This document shows positions 16,977-25,451 of a DNA stretch of 64,000 bases, in pieces. Source of the DNA: an uncultured Anaerolineaceae bacterium (GTDB lineage: Bacteria > Chloroflexota > Dehalococcoidia > Tepidiformales > Tepidiformaceae); the NCBI GenBank assembly GCA_964632355.1, contig CAZWBW010000001.1:21973-85972 (forward strand), read 5' to 3'. The notes beneath the pieces were generated by a model that was not told the DNA's origin, did not search any database, and saw nothing but the letters and a program-made list of their open reading frames with translations. The translations under genes were made by a program, and so were the position numbers. Position 1 is the first letter of the stretch; the number at the start of each line of letters is the position of its first letter.

Positions 16977-17303
16977 CTAAGAAACCGCCTCCCGGATCTC
17001 CTTCAGCAACAGCGGACCATCCGCTGTCATGGGAATGTACGCACTCGCGCCTGCCTGCTCGTACTTCGCGCGTTCGTCGGAACTTGGGAGCGCTGCCAGT
17101 ACCACCACCCGTGCACCGCTTGCCGCCAGCTCCTGGCAGCGCTCGATGGTCAGATCCGTTGTCGTCGAAAGCACAATGTCCGACCCGTCCCGTTGGTCCC
17201 CCGCTTCGAGCAGCAGGAAGTGCGGCTCGTGGCGCAGTTGCGCTACGAGCGCCCGCCGCAGCAACCGATCGTTCGTCTCCACCCGGACGGTTCGATGGGG
17301 CAT
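16977..17303 (-). CDS. Stand-alone receiver (REC)-like domain protein, degenerate
   Basis: 109 aa with a (beta-alpha)5-like pattern. VRVETND replaces the acidic pocket, IVLSTTTD replaces the phospho-acceptor Asp region, and YIPM replaces the conserved K-P. There is no SD. CATAAT lies 6 nt upstream of the ATG, so the mRNA may be leaderless. Confidence 0.45.
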   Translation of the reverse strand: MPHRTVRVETNDRLLRRALVAQLRHEPHFLLLEAGDQRDGSDIVLSTTTDLTIERCQELAASGARVVVLAALPSSDERAKYEQAGASAYIPMTADGPLLLKEIREAVS

Positions 17304-17470
17304 ATGGGCATTATGAATCTGCCTATGGGTGCCGGTGATGGGCCGTTTGGGGAGGCTTGAGGGGCCGTTCGTCGCAAAAAGAGGTGACAAATGTCACTTC
17401 CTGTACGCGGAGAACCGACTCTCTCCCCGCCGCCTATATCCTATGCGCGTTCACCCCTACCCTATCGGCC

Positions 17471-18613
17471 ATGGGCGAACTCGGTTCGTTGCTCGTCCAG
17501 GCGCGCGAGGCCAAAGGCCTCACGCTGGAAGATGCCGAGCGCGATACGCGTATCTCGCGCCGCTATCTCCAGGCGCTCGAGACGGAACAGTTCGACATCA
17601 TCCCCGCGCCCGTCTATGCGCGCGGGTTCCTTCGCTCCTACTCCCAGTACCTCGGCCTCGATCCGCAGGAAGTGCTGGCGCTCTTCCCACGCGAGGACCA
17701 GTACCCCGGGTCCCGCCGCAGCGAAGCCCGCGCATCGCCCGAAAACCCGCTCCCCGCGCACAGCCCCTCCCGGCCGTCCTGGCGCCGCGAACCCGAGCGT
17801 GCCGACGTCCGGCGCCCTGTGCCACCACCCACTCGCGCCCCGCGGCAGCCGTTCGGTGCACCGCCGCCGCGGCAGCCTACTCCCCCGCGCGAGGAGTACT
17901 ACAACGAACCGCACGACCCGTACTTCGAACAGCGGCATCGGCAGCAGCGCCAGTACGAAGAACAGGAACACCTGGAACAGCGGTACCAGCAGGAACAGCG
18001 CCGGTTCGAAGAAGAACGCGCATACCAGCAGGAACGCCGCCAGCAACCCATCCGTCACGACACGCTCCCGCTCGTCGAAGAGCGCTACGACCACCCGCGC
18101 CCACAGGTGCGCCGCCCCGCCGACCCCTACGAAGAGGAACCCTACGACCCGTCGGAGCCGGTGATCGGCGTTGACATCGGAGTGCCCGCGCCCACCCGGC
18201 GTATCCGCACCGACCCCGCGGCTCAGACGCGCACCGCGGTCGTTGCGATCGTCGCGGTTGCTGCGGTGGTCGCGGTGATCCTGCTTGCGCTCCTGATTTC
18301 GAACCTCGGCGGCGATGACACTCCCGCCCCGGAAGACACTGGCGGAGATGACGCGGCGGCGGCCGTGGTTACTCCAACGCCCGAGTCCGCCGAGACGTCC
18401 GAGGGTGGCGTCGTGCGTGGAATCGTCCCCGATGTCGTAGGGCTCGATATCGCCGTTGCCCGTGCACAGGTGGAAGCGGCCGGGTATGTTGTGAATGAGG
18501 TTCGTGGCCCGAACGCAGCTCCTGTGAACGAAGTGTTCGGGCAGGTGCCGGTTGGCAACACGCACCACCCGGAAGGCGAAACGGTCACGCTCGCCGTTAG
18601 CGAGGGCCCCTGA
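17471..18613 (+). CDS. RodZ-like HTH (XRE-type) membrane protein with C-terminal PASTA domain
   Basis: The N-terminus LGSLLVQAREAKGLTLEDAERDTRISRRYLQALE...YARGFLRSY is RodZ-like. It is followed by an R/Q/E/P-rich low-complexity region and a TM helix (AVVAIVAVAAVVAVILLALLI). The C-terminus GIVPDVVGLDIAVARAQVEAAGYVV...GETVTLAVSEG is a PASTA pattern. Confidence 0.75.
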   Translation: MGELGSLLVQAREAKGLTLEDAERDTRISRRYLQALETEQFDIIPAPVYARGFLRSYSQYLGLDPQEVLALFPREDQYPGSRRSEARASPENPLPAHSPSRPSWRREPERADVRRPVPPPTRAPRQPFGAPPPRQPTPPREEYYNEPHDPYFEQRHRQQRQYEEQEHLEQRYQQEQRRFEEERAYQQERRQQPIRHDTLPLVEERYDHPRPQVRRPADPYEEEPYDPSEPVIGVDIGVPAPTRRIRTDPAAQTRTAVVAIVAVAAVVAVILLALLISNLGGDDTPAPEDTGGDDAAAAVVTPTPESAETSEGGVVRGIVPDVVGLDIAVARAQVEAAGYVVNEVRGPNAAPVNEVFGQVPVGNTHHPEGETVTLAVSEGP

Positions 18614-19920
18614 TGGCAGTTCCCCGGACGTACCACCTGGTCACGCTGGGCTGTCCAAAGAACGACGTCGATAGCGAACACCTCGAGCGCATCCTCACCG
18701 GCGGCGAACTCCTGCCGGTCGTCGAACCCGCCGAGGCCGACGCCATCATCGTCAACACCTGCGGATTCATCGAGCAGAGCCAGGCGCAATCCATGGAAAC
18801 GGTGCGCCAGCTCGCCGCGGCCAAGCGCGAAGGCCAGACCCTCATCGTCGCGGGCTGTATGACGCAGCTCTACGGACGACAGGTTCGCGAAGAAGTCTCC
18901 GGCGTCGACCACATCTTCGGTGTGGGCCAGTGGCAGGACGTTGCGAAGCTGCTCAGCGTCGACGTCGACGCGATCTACGACATCCCGGAAAGTGCCGCCC
19001 GCGTAACCGGCCCGTCGGCCTACCTCAAGATCTCCGACGGCTGCGACGCGCCCTGCACCTTCTGTGTCATCCCGAAGATCAAGGGCCAGCTCCGTTCGGC
19101 GCCCGCGGGTCTGCTCGTGCGCGAAGCACAGCGGCTGGTCGAAGCCGGCGCAAGGGAGCTCGTCCTTGTTGGCCAGGACACTACGGCCTGGGGCGAAGAC
19201 ATGGGCATGGCCGTGGGCGAAGGCCTGCCCGGCCTCCTCCGGATGCTGTCCGAAGCGGTCGGGCCCGACGTGTGGCTGCGGCTCATGTACGCCTACCCGA
19301 GCCGCGTCACTCCGCAACTCATCGAGACGATGGCCGAACTGCCCAACGTCATCCCGTACCTCGATGTTCCGTTGCAGCATGGCTCCGAGGCCGTTCTCCG
19401 CCGGATGAAGCGCCCGCACAACCTCGAAAAGGTGTATCGGTTCATCGAACAACTCCGCGCTGCGATGCCGGATGTCGTACTGCGAACCTCGTTCATCGCG
19501 GGCTTCCCCGGCGAAACCGAGGCCGAATTCAAGGAACTGCTTTCCTTCGCGAAGGCAATCGAGTTTGACCACGCCGGCTGCTTCACCTACTCCCGCCAGC
19601 GCTGGACCGGCGCCTTCGACATGCCCGACCAGGTCCCCGACGAGGTGAAGCACGAGCGCCGCGAGCGTTTCATGCGGCAACAGCGGAAGATCGCCGCGAG
19701 ACGTGCGCGCCGGTTTCGTGGCCGCGAACTCGACCTGCTGGTCGAAGGTGTCGGCGAAGACGAAGACGGCGATCCCGTCATCGCCGGCCGCACCTACCGC
19801 GAAGCCCCGGAAGTCGATGGCCTTGTGTTCGTCAGCGGCCACGCCGAACCCGGCTCCCGCGTGCGCGTCCGCATCGAAGACACGGCCGACTACGACCTGT
19901 TTGGAACGCTGATCGGCTAG
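18613..19920 (+). CDS. rimO: Ribosomal protein S12 methylthiotransferase (radical SAM MTTase)
   Basis: It has the UPF0004 N-domain (LGCPKNDVDSE), the radical SAM motif CDAPCTFC and a C-terminal TRAM domain. The ATG shares 1 nt with the upstream stop. I cannot exclude MiaB by eye, but the length (435 aa) and the N-terminus favour RimO. Confidence 0.8.
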   Translation: MAVPRTYHLVTLGCPKNDVDSEHLERILTGGELLPVVEPAEADAIIVNTCGFIEQSQAQSMETVRQLAAAKREGQTLIVAGCMTQLYGRQVREEVSGVDHIFGVGQWQDVAKLLSVDVDAIYDIPESAARVTGPSAYLKISDGCDAPCTFCVIPKIKGQLRSAPAGLLVREAQRLVEAGARELVLVGQDTTAWGEDMGMAVGEGLPGLLRMLSEAVGPDVWLRLMYAYPSRVTPQLIETMAELPNVIPYLDVPLQHGSEAVLRRMKRPHNLEKVYRFIEQLRAAMPDVVLRTSFIAGFPGETEAEFKELLSFAKAIEFDHAGCFTYSRQRWTGAFDMPDQVPDEVKHERRERFMRQQRKIAARRARRFRGRELDLLVEGVGEDEDGDPVIAGRTYREAPEVDGLVFVSGHAEPGSRVRVRIEDTADYDLFGTLIG

Positions 19921-20040
19921 TCGGGGACCGCTCGCGCTGTGTTGCCGCGGCGGTTTCAGGTCTGATCTGGCACCCTCGGATAAGATGTCTCCGCCAAAGG
20001 TATTCGCCGGCGGCAATTCACAGGGAGACATGTTTGTTCC

Positions 20041-21477
20041 ATGGGTCTTCGAACACCTCAGCAGTACATCGACTCCGTCCGCGACGGCCGCACCGTCTAT
20101 TACCGCGGAGAAAAGGTCGATGACGTTACCACCCACCCCGTCATCAAGAAGGCGGTAGACCACGCCGCAGTCGACTTCCGCATGGCGGAAGACCCCCGGT
20201 ACCGCGACCTCGCCGTGGTCACCGAAGATGGGGATGAGTACAGCCGGTACTACAAGATCCCTGCCTCGACAGACGATCTGCTGAAGCGCTCGAAGCTCAT
20301 CGAGACTGCTACCGCCATCGGGAAGACGCTGGTCCCGCTCGTAAAGGAAATCGGCACCGACGCGCTCTTCGGGCTGCACAAGATCGCCCCACAGATCGAC
20401 CGGAAGTACGAAACCCAATACTTCGAACGCGTGAAGGCGTTCTATCGCCACTGCCGCGATAACGACCTCACCATCTCCGTCGCGCAGACCGACGTGAAGG
20501 GCGACCGCTCGGCCGGCCCGTCGAATCAGCCGCATCCCGACTACTACACGCACATCGTCGAGCGGCGCGATGACGGCATCGTGGTACGCGGCGCCAAGAT
20601 CCACACGAGCTGCACCACCAACACGAACGAACTCATCGTTCTGCCCACCCGGGCGATGTCCGAAGCCGACCGCGACTATGCCGTCGCGTTCGCGATCCCG
20701 GTCGATACCCCGGGCCTGAAGCTCATCGCCAGCCCCTACGGCGGCTCGCCGAAGAACGAGTTCGATGCTCCCCTGAGCGCGGACCGCAAGATGATGGAAA
20801 CCATCACCATCTTCGACGACGTGTTCGTGCCGTGGGAGCGCGTGTTCATGGCCGGCGAGTACGACTTCGCCGGGCCGCTGGCGCTCGGGTTCGTCGAGTA
20901 CCACCGGTTCACCGCCGTCTCGTACAAGCTCCCGCTGGTCGACGCGCTGGTCGGTAGCGCTGCCCTCATGGCCGATATGAACGGCATTGCCCGCGCCGCT
21001 CACGTCCGGGAAAAGCTCGTCTGGCTCATCAGCTACGCCGAGACGCTCCGTGCCCTGACCGAGATGGCGGCGCTCCGCGGCCAGCCCGACGAGCAGGGCA
21101 TCTTCGCGCCCGATCCGCTCACCACGAACATGGCCAAGTACCACTTCGCCCACAACTACCACGAGGCGCTGCAGCACGTGCAGGACATCGCCGGCGGCAT
21201 GCTCGTCACCGGTCCGGGCGCCGAGGACTTCCAGAACCCCGAAACCGGCGACCTGCTGCGCAAGTACCTCGGTGGCCGCGCCGGGTACGACGGCGAGGTT
21301 CGCACCCGCGCCATGAACATGGTGAGCGACCTGACCACCGGCGACTTCGGCGGGTACCATGCCGTCCTCGCGATTCACGCCGAGGGTTCGCTCGAGGCCG
21401 AAAAGCTCATGATCTATCGCGCCTACGACGCCGAGCGCACCATTGCCTACGCGAAGGAACTCGCGGGCATTCAGTAG
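20041..21477 (+). CDS. 4-hydroxybutyryl-CoA dehydratase / 4-hydroxyphenylacetate 3-hydroxylase (AbfD/HpaB) family protein
   Basis: 478 aa. The motifs QTDVKGDRS and the C-terminal HAEGSLEAEK are family-typical. Only two Cys occur in the whole protein. Confidence 0.75.
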   Translation: MGLRTPQQYIDSVRDGRTVYYRGEKVDDVTTHPVIKKAVDHAAVDFRMAEDPRYRDLAVVTEDGDEYSRYYKIPASTDDLLKRSKLIETATAIGKTLVPLVKEIGTDALFGLHKIAPQIDRKYETQYFERVKAFYRHCRDNDLTISVAQTDVKGDRSAGPSNQPHPDYYTHIVERRDDGIVVRGAKIHTSCTTNTNELIVLPTRAMSEADRDYAVAFAIPVDTPGLKLIASPYGGSPKNEFDAPLSADRKMMETITIFDDVFVPWERVFMAGEYDFAGPLALGFVEYHRFTAVSYKLPLVDALVGSAALMADMNGIARAAHVREKLVWLISYAETLRALTEMAALRGQPDEQGIFAPDPLTTNMAKYHFAHNYHEALQHVQDIAGGMLVTGPGAEDFQNPETGDLLRKYLGGRAGYDGEVRTRAMNMVSDLTTGDFGGYHAVLAIHAEGSLEAEKLMIYRAYDAERTIAYAKELAGIQ

Positions 21478-21511
21478 CACACCGCTGGCGAGACGGCTCA
21501 CGACATCCTAC

Positions 21512-21542
21512 TGGCAGCCCGGCACTCCTCGCCGGGCTGCCA
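21512..21542 (+). terminator. Strong hairpin after the AbfD/HpaB-like gene
   Basis: TGGCAGCCCGGC-ACTCCTC-GCCGGGCTGCCA forms a 12-bp perfect stem. There is no U-tract. Confidence 0.45.
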
Positions 21543-21665
21543 CCCTCTGTGCCACGGCCCGGCGTGTCAGCACGCGCCCCGAGCCGTCCGTGGGGCGCCG
21601 GGAAGCAACCCCTGTCCGCCCACGATTGATGGATGTCCGGGAGAGACCGACGAAAGGAGCTGGAG

Positions 21666-22877
21666 ATGGTTGCCCCGTTGGAGGGTATTCGTGTGGTCGA
21701 AGTTGCCAACTGGCTGGCAGCCCCCGCTGCTGCCGCGCTGCTCGCTGATATGGGTGCCGAAGTCATCAAGATAGAGCCACCCGGCGGAGACCCTTATCGA
21801 CACCTCTTACTGCAGAGCAAAGGGTTCACGAAGGAGTTCGAGAGGAACTTCGCGTTTGACCTCGATAATCGCGGAAAGCGATCGATAGCAATTGACCTGG
21901 AACGCGATGCAGGCGTCGAACTGGTCCAGCGGATCGCAGCGAACTGCGATATTTTCATCACGAACCTTCTGCCTGCACGGGCCCGCAAATACGGACTCGA
22001 TTTCGACTCGCTGAAGTCACTCTCTCCGAGCGTCGTCTACGCATGGCTCACAGGGTACGGAAGCACGGGACCCGAAGCGGATCGAGCCGGGTTCGACTTC
22101 GCGGCTTTCTGGGCCCGCACCGGCATCATGGGCCTTCTCGGCGAACCCGATGCCCCACCGCCGCTGTGCCGGGGAGGACAGGGAGACCACACGACCGCAC
22201 TCAATCTCCTTGCCGCCGTCCTCGCAGCCCTGCGCGTCCGTGACCGGACTGGCGAGCCTCAGCTCGTGGAAGTGACGCTCCAGGCTACCGGCATGTGGAC
22301 TATCGCCGGTGACGTCGCTGGTTCGCTGGTTGCCAGGGAGAATCCAACCCGGATCAGCCGGGCGGCACCTGTTAATCCCATCTGGAACTCCTACCGGTGC
22401 AAGGACGATCGCTGGATCCTGTTGGTCAATCCTTCGCCCTTCCCCAATGCCTGGCCGGCCTTCTGTCGAATGATTGACCGTCCCGATTGGGCCCAGGACA
22501 GTCGCTTTGCGTCCGTCGTCGGGCTTCGCGCTCACGCGAGCGAACTCGTCCGCGAACTCGACGAGCTCTTCGCAACGCGAACGCTTGCCGAATGGGGCAA
22601 CGAGCTGGATCGGTTCGGGATCATCTGGGCTCCCGTCGCCGAGCTCACCGAAGTCGTGTCCGACCCGCAGGCAAGGCACATGGGGTGGTTCACGACCATT
22701 GAGGATGAGGACGGCCCGTTCGAAACGCTGGCTGCGCCGTTCAAGCTGCACGGCGCCGACGTTCGCGTCCGTCGGCGCGCTCCCCGGATTGGCGAGCACG
22801 CGTTCGAGATCCTGCAGGAAATCGGTGTTACCGAGTCGGAAATCGAGAAGTACGCTACCGCAGGCGTGTTCGGCTAG
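21666..22877 (+). CDS. Family III CoA-transferase (CaiB/BaiF type)
   Basis: The ATG at 21666 has an AGGAG RBS. The N-terminus LEGIRVVEVANWLAAPAAAALLADMGAEVIKIEPPGGDPYR is the family signature. Confidence 0.88.
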   Translation: MVAPLEGIRVVEVANWLAAPAAAALLADMGAEVIKIEPPGGDPYRHLLLQSKGFTKEFERNFAFDLDNRGKRSIAIDLERDAGVELVQRIAANCDIFITNLLPARARKYGLDFDSLKSLSPSVVYAWLTGYGSTGPEADRAGFDFAAFWARTGIMGLLGEPDAPPPLCRGGQGDHTTALNLLAAVLAALRVRDRTGEPQLVEVTLQATGMWTIAGDVAGSLVARENPTRISRAAPVNPIWNSYRCKDDRWILLVNPSPFPNAWPAFCRMIDRPDWAQDSRFASVVGLRAHASELVRELDELFATRTLAEWGNELDRFGIIWAPVAELTEVVSDPQARHMGWFTTIEDEDGPFETLAAPFKLHGADVRVRRRAPRIGEHAFEILQEIGVTESEIEKYATAGVFG

Positions 22878-23022
22878 TGGTTGGCAAGCCAACGAGGCGA
22901 GGCCCCCCGGCGCGCCGCTCGGCCACGCACCATGGTCGAGGCGCTATCATTGGCCGGCAGTAGTAACCGGGGCGGGATCCCGCACCGCATCGCAGGCATC
23001 GCCTGGCACAAGGAGGCCGGTC

Positions 23023-23490
23023 ATGGACAAGTCCGCCGCCATCGCTGAACTCGAACAGAGCTACGTGGGCTTCCGCGAGCTCATCGCCGATCTGCCCCAC
23101 GAGGCCTACAACGAGGTCTTCCTGGGCGAATGGAACCTGAACAAGCTCCTCGCCCACATGGCCGGCTGGTTCCGTGAAATGACCGAGGCCATGGAGCGTG
23201 TCGCCCGCGGCGAGCGGCCAACCCCGCCCGGCGTCGACTACAGCGACGCCGACGCGTGGAACGCCAGGTTCGCCCAGCAAGCGAAGGACGGCCCGGCCGC
23301 CCTCGAAGACTGGGACGATGCGTTCCACCGCTACTACGCGGCGGTGAAGGCCCTCGACGAATCCCTCTTTGGCACCGACCCCGAGAAGGGACGGCCGAAG
23401 ATCGGGAACCGCCTGATCGGTGCGTCCGGCATCGAACACTTCGCCGAGCACCGGCCGCAGGTCGAGGAGTGGCTGCGTACGCGAAGCTAG
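23023..23490 (+). CDS. DinB/ClbS-like four-helix-bundle protein (family uncertain)
   Basis: AGGAGG lies 6 nt upstream of the ATG. The protein is 155 aa and helical, with the pattern NKLLAHMAGWFRE...DAWNARF. Confidence 0.5.
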   Translation: MDKSAAIAELEQSYVGFRELIADLPHEAYNEVFLGEWNLNKLLAHMAGWFREMTEAMERVARGERPTPPGVDYSDADAWNARFAQQAKDGPAALEDWDDAFHRYYAAVKALDESLFGTDPEKGRPKIGNRLIGASGIEHFAEHRPQVEEWLRTRS

Positions 23491-23495
23491 GCGTC

Positions 23496-23532
23496 CAGCG
23501 ATAGCCGGGGAAACGTCCTCCGGCCATCGCTG
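23496..23532 (+). terminator. Hairpin after the DinB-like gene
   Basis: CAGCGATAGCCGG-N11-CCGGCCATCGCTG forms a 13-bp stem with 1 mismatch. There is no U-tract. Confidence 0.4.
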
Positions 23533-23573
23533 AGGCGGGTGACGGGTACTCGATCCGTAGATACGCTTCCGCC

Positions 23574-23846
23574 ATGCACATTCTTCTCTACGAATACGTC
23601 GAAGACGTCGCCGAGCGGCGCGAGCCGTTCCGGGCGCAGCACCTCGCCCTCCTTCGCAAGCTCCACGAAGAGGGCATCGTTCGCATGGCAGGGGCCTTCA
23701 GCGATCCCCTCGATGGCGCCGCCATCGTGTTCAACACGAACGACCGCAAAGTCGTCGAATCGTTCGTCGAACAGGATCCCTACGTGCAGAACGGCCTCGT
23801 CCCGTCCTGGCGCATCCGCGCGTGGAACCTCGCCATTGGCGAGTAA
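23574..23846 (+). CDS. YciI-family protein
   Basis: 90 aa. The pattern MHILLYEYVEDV...R..H...L......G.....G....DPYV is typical of YciI-like proteins. Confidence 0.8.
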   Translation: MHILLYEYVEDVAERREPFRAQHLALLRKLHEEGIVRMAGAFSDPLDGAAIVFNTNDRKVVESFVEQDPYVQNGLVPSWRIRAWNLAIGE

Positions 23847-24127
23847 TCAGCCGCGTTCGACGAACGCCACCGCCCCCGGTGATGAGGCGCAGCACGAACC
23901 CCGGGATCCCCTAGAGCGAGATGGAGACGGGGTGCCACACAGCCGCGGCCTGGTAATGGCAGATCCCCGCGTCGCGAACGCAAGAGCCAGCACGGCCTGG
24001 CTTCTCTCCGTACCCTCAGCGCTGGCCTGGGCGAGAAATGGCCAGCCTCCGCGCCCGGGCCTCCCCAGCGCTGAGGTTGCGCCGGGCGCGAAGGTCCTCG
24101 ATCTCCGCCAGCTGGCGCGTCACACGG

Positions 24128-24829
24128 CTACTCGGCGTCGAAGTACAGGTCGTGCGCGAGAAACGGGTTCGGATCGGCTCGCACCCACTTCGGTTGCGCG
24201 TCGGCCGAGATTTCGAATACCACCCAGCCTCGCGTCTTGCCGCCCGGCGTGAGGTTGTAGAACAGCTCCAGGTCGGGGTCGATGCCGGCGACGATCGTGC
24301 GGTCGGTCTCGACGTCGTTCGAATCCCGGATCTTCCAGTCGAGCGACGACACTTCCTTCGTCCCTACGTTCTCGACTTCGACTTCGAGCGCCCAGTACTT
24401 CTTCCCCTCAGTCGGGCGGGAGAAGGGGTTGTCTGGCTGCACGTCGTCGGCGATTTGCAGGATGGTGACCTTCTGCTTCTTGCTGCCGTTCCCCTCCGGC
24501 GCAATCGTGCCCGAACTGCCGACCGCCAGCGGGACACGCACATCGCCCCCCATGTCATCCTCGTCGTCCGCGGCGCTGCTCAGCGCAGCAGCGATGATCA
24601 CGATGAGCCCGATGACAACCACACCAATCGCAGCGAACGCACCGATACAGCCAAATGCGCCGAACTTCAGGATGCCCTTCCCGCCACCACCACCTTTTGG
24701 CGTGGCAGTACCGGTCGAAGACAGAATCGCTGCGCGGCGTGTTTCATACTCTTCGTCGGTCACGATGCCCCGGGTTTTAAGCTTTTCCAGTTCCTCAAGC
24801 TGTCGTTCGAGTTCGGATTTCTTCGCCAC
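24128..24829 (-). CDS. SHOCT domain - TM - DUF4352-like (Ig-like) ectodomain protein
   Basis: The GTG at 24829 is preceded by AGAGGTG. The SHOCT-like motif is LEKLKTRGIVTDEEYETRRAAIL. It is followed by a Gly-rich segment plus a TM helix, then a beta-rich ectodomain (KYWALEVEVENVG...GWVVFEI). The alternative start is 24880. Confidence 0.6.
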   Translation of the reverse strand: MAKKSELERQLEELEKLKTRGIVTDEEYETRRAAILSSTGTATPKGGGGGKGILKFGAFGCIGAFAAIGVVVIGLIVIIAAALSSAADDEDDMGGDVRVPLAVGSSGTIAPEGNGSKKQKVTILQIADDVQPDNPFSRPTEGKKYWALEVEVENVGTKEVSSLDWKIRDSNDVETDRTIVAGIDPDLELFYNLTPGGKTRGWVVFEISADAQPKWVRADPNPFLAHDLYFDAE

Positions 24830-25144
24830 AAGACACCTCTTGACGTGTTGCGGGCGAATTGTGTCGCATATGCGCGACACCTGTAGTCGCGGGTGGTCGC
24901 AGTTTCAACGACAGCTGATGTCGCAGGGGCAGTAGTTTCCGCAGACGAACCGATTCGCAGCGAAAATGGTGCACTAACCCGATCAAAAGCGTCGCCAGGT
25001 GTCGCGTAGATGTGGTATAGGCCGTGCGGGTAGTTGCCACCGAAACGGTTGTCTGTCTAGTCACACCGGGGCAACCCCGCGTCAGCTGATCTTCGCGGGC
25101 AGCAATAAAACCGGCCTTACTGGGCGCGAAACACGAGGGGACGC

Positions 25145-25372
25145 CTAGCCCGCTGCTGCGCTGCCTTCTGGCAGCACCTCGCCGACCGCTTCGAGCAGCC
25201 GCCGCGAGGCCGCCGTGATCTCCTCGACCGCGGCGTCGAAGGCTTCCTGGTTCTTCTTCGAAGGTACGCGGTAGCCGCTGATCTTGCGCACGAACTGCAG
25301 CGCGGCAGCCTCGATCTCGTCCGGCGTTGCGGGCTGGTCCTTCCGGCGAAGGGTCTTGATGCTTCGGCACAT
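25145..25372 (-). CDS. DUF2277-family small protein
   Basis: The N-terminus MCRSIKTLRRKDQPATPDEIEAAALQFVRKISGY matches my recollection of the DUF2277 N-terminus. The ORF track start at 25417 is probably too long. Confidence 0.65.
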   Translation of the reverse strand: MCRSIKTLRRKDQPATPDEIEAAALQFVRKISGYRVPSKKNQEAFDAAVEEITAASRRLLEAVGEVLPEGSAAAG

Positions 25373-25451
25373 GCCAGCAGCGTACCACCCGTCGTAAGGC
25401 TGCGTACGTCCCGGCACTTCCGCCTCGCGCCTCCTCCCACGACACTATCCA

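Noticed and set aside
17384-17397. A perfect 6-2-6 palindrome, GTGACAAATGTCAC, in the divergent region between the REC-like and RodZ-like genes. A similar palindrome, GTTGGCAAGCCAAC, lies at 22880-22893.
   Set aside because: A 6-bp-arm palindrome is expected about once per 4 kb by chance, on the order of ten or more in 64 kb. There is no second copy or half-site pattern. It remains a possible operator, but is not supported statistically.
18223-21501. A 1092-codon ORF on the minus strand, the longest ORF in the window.
   Set aside because: It runs exactly antisense to rimO and the AbfD/HpaB-like gene, which share one reading frame, and across their 120-nt spacer. Its composition is the G/A/V/R/D/L-rich pattern typical of shadow frames in high-GC DNA. 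I recognised no domain motifs. The sense-strand genes have clear family signatures and RBS or coupling signals.
22474-23022. The N-terminal extension of the ORF that contains the DinB-like protein.
   Set aside because: It overlaps the CoA-transferase gene in another frame. An AGGAGG RBS and an ATG at 23023 define the real start.
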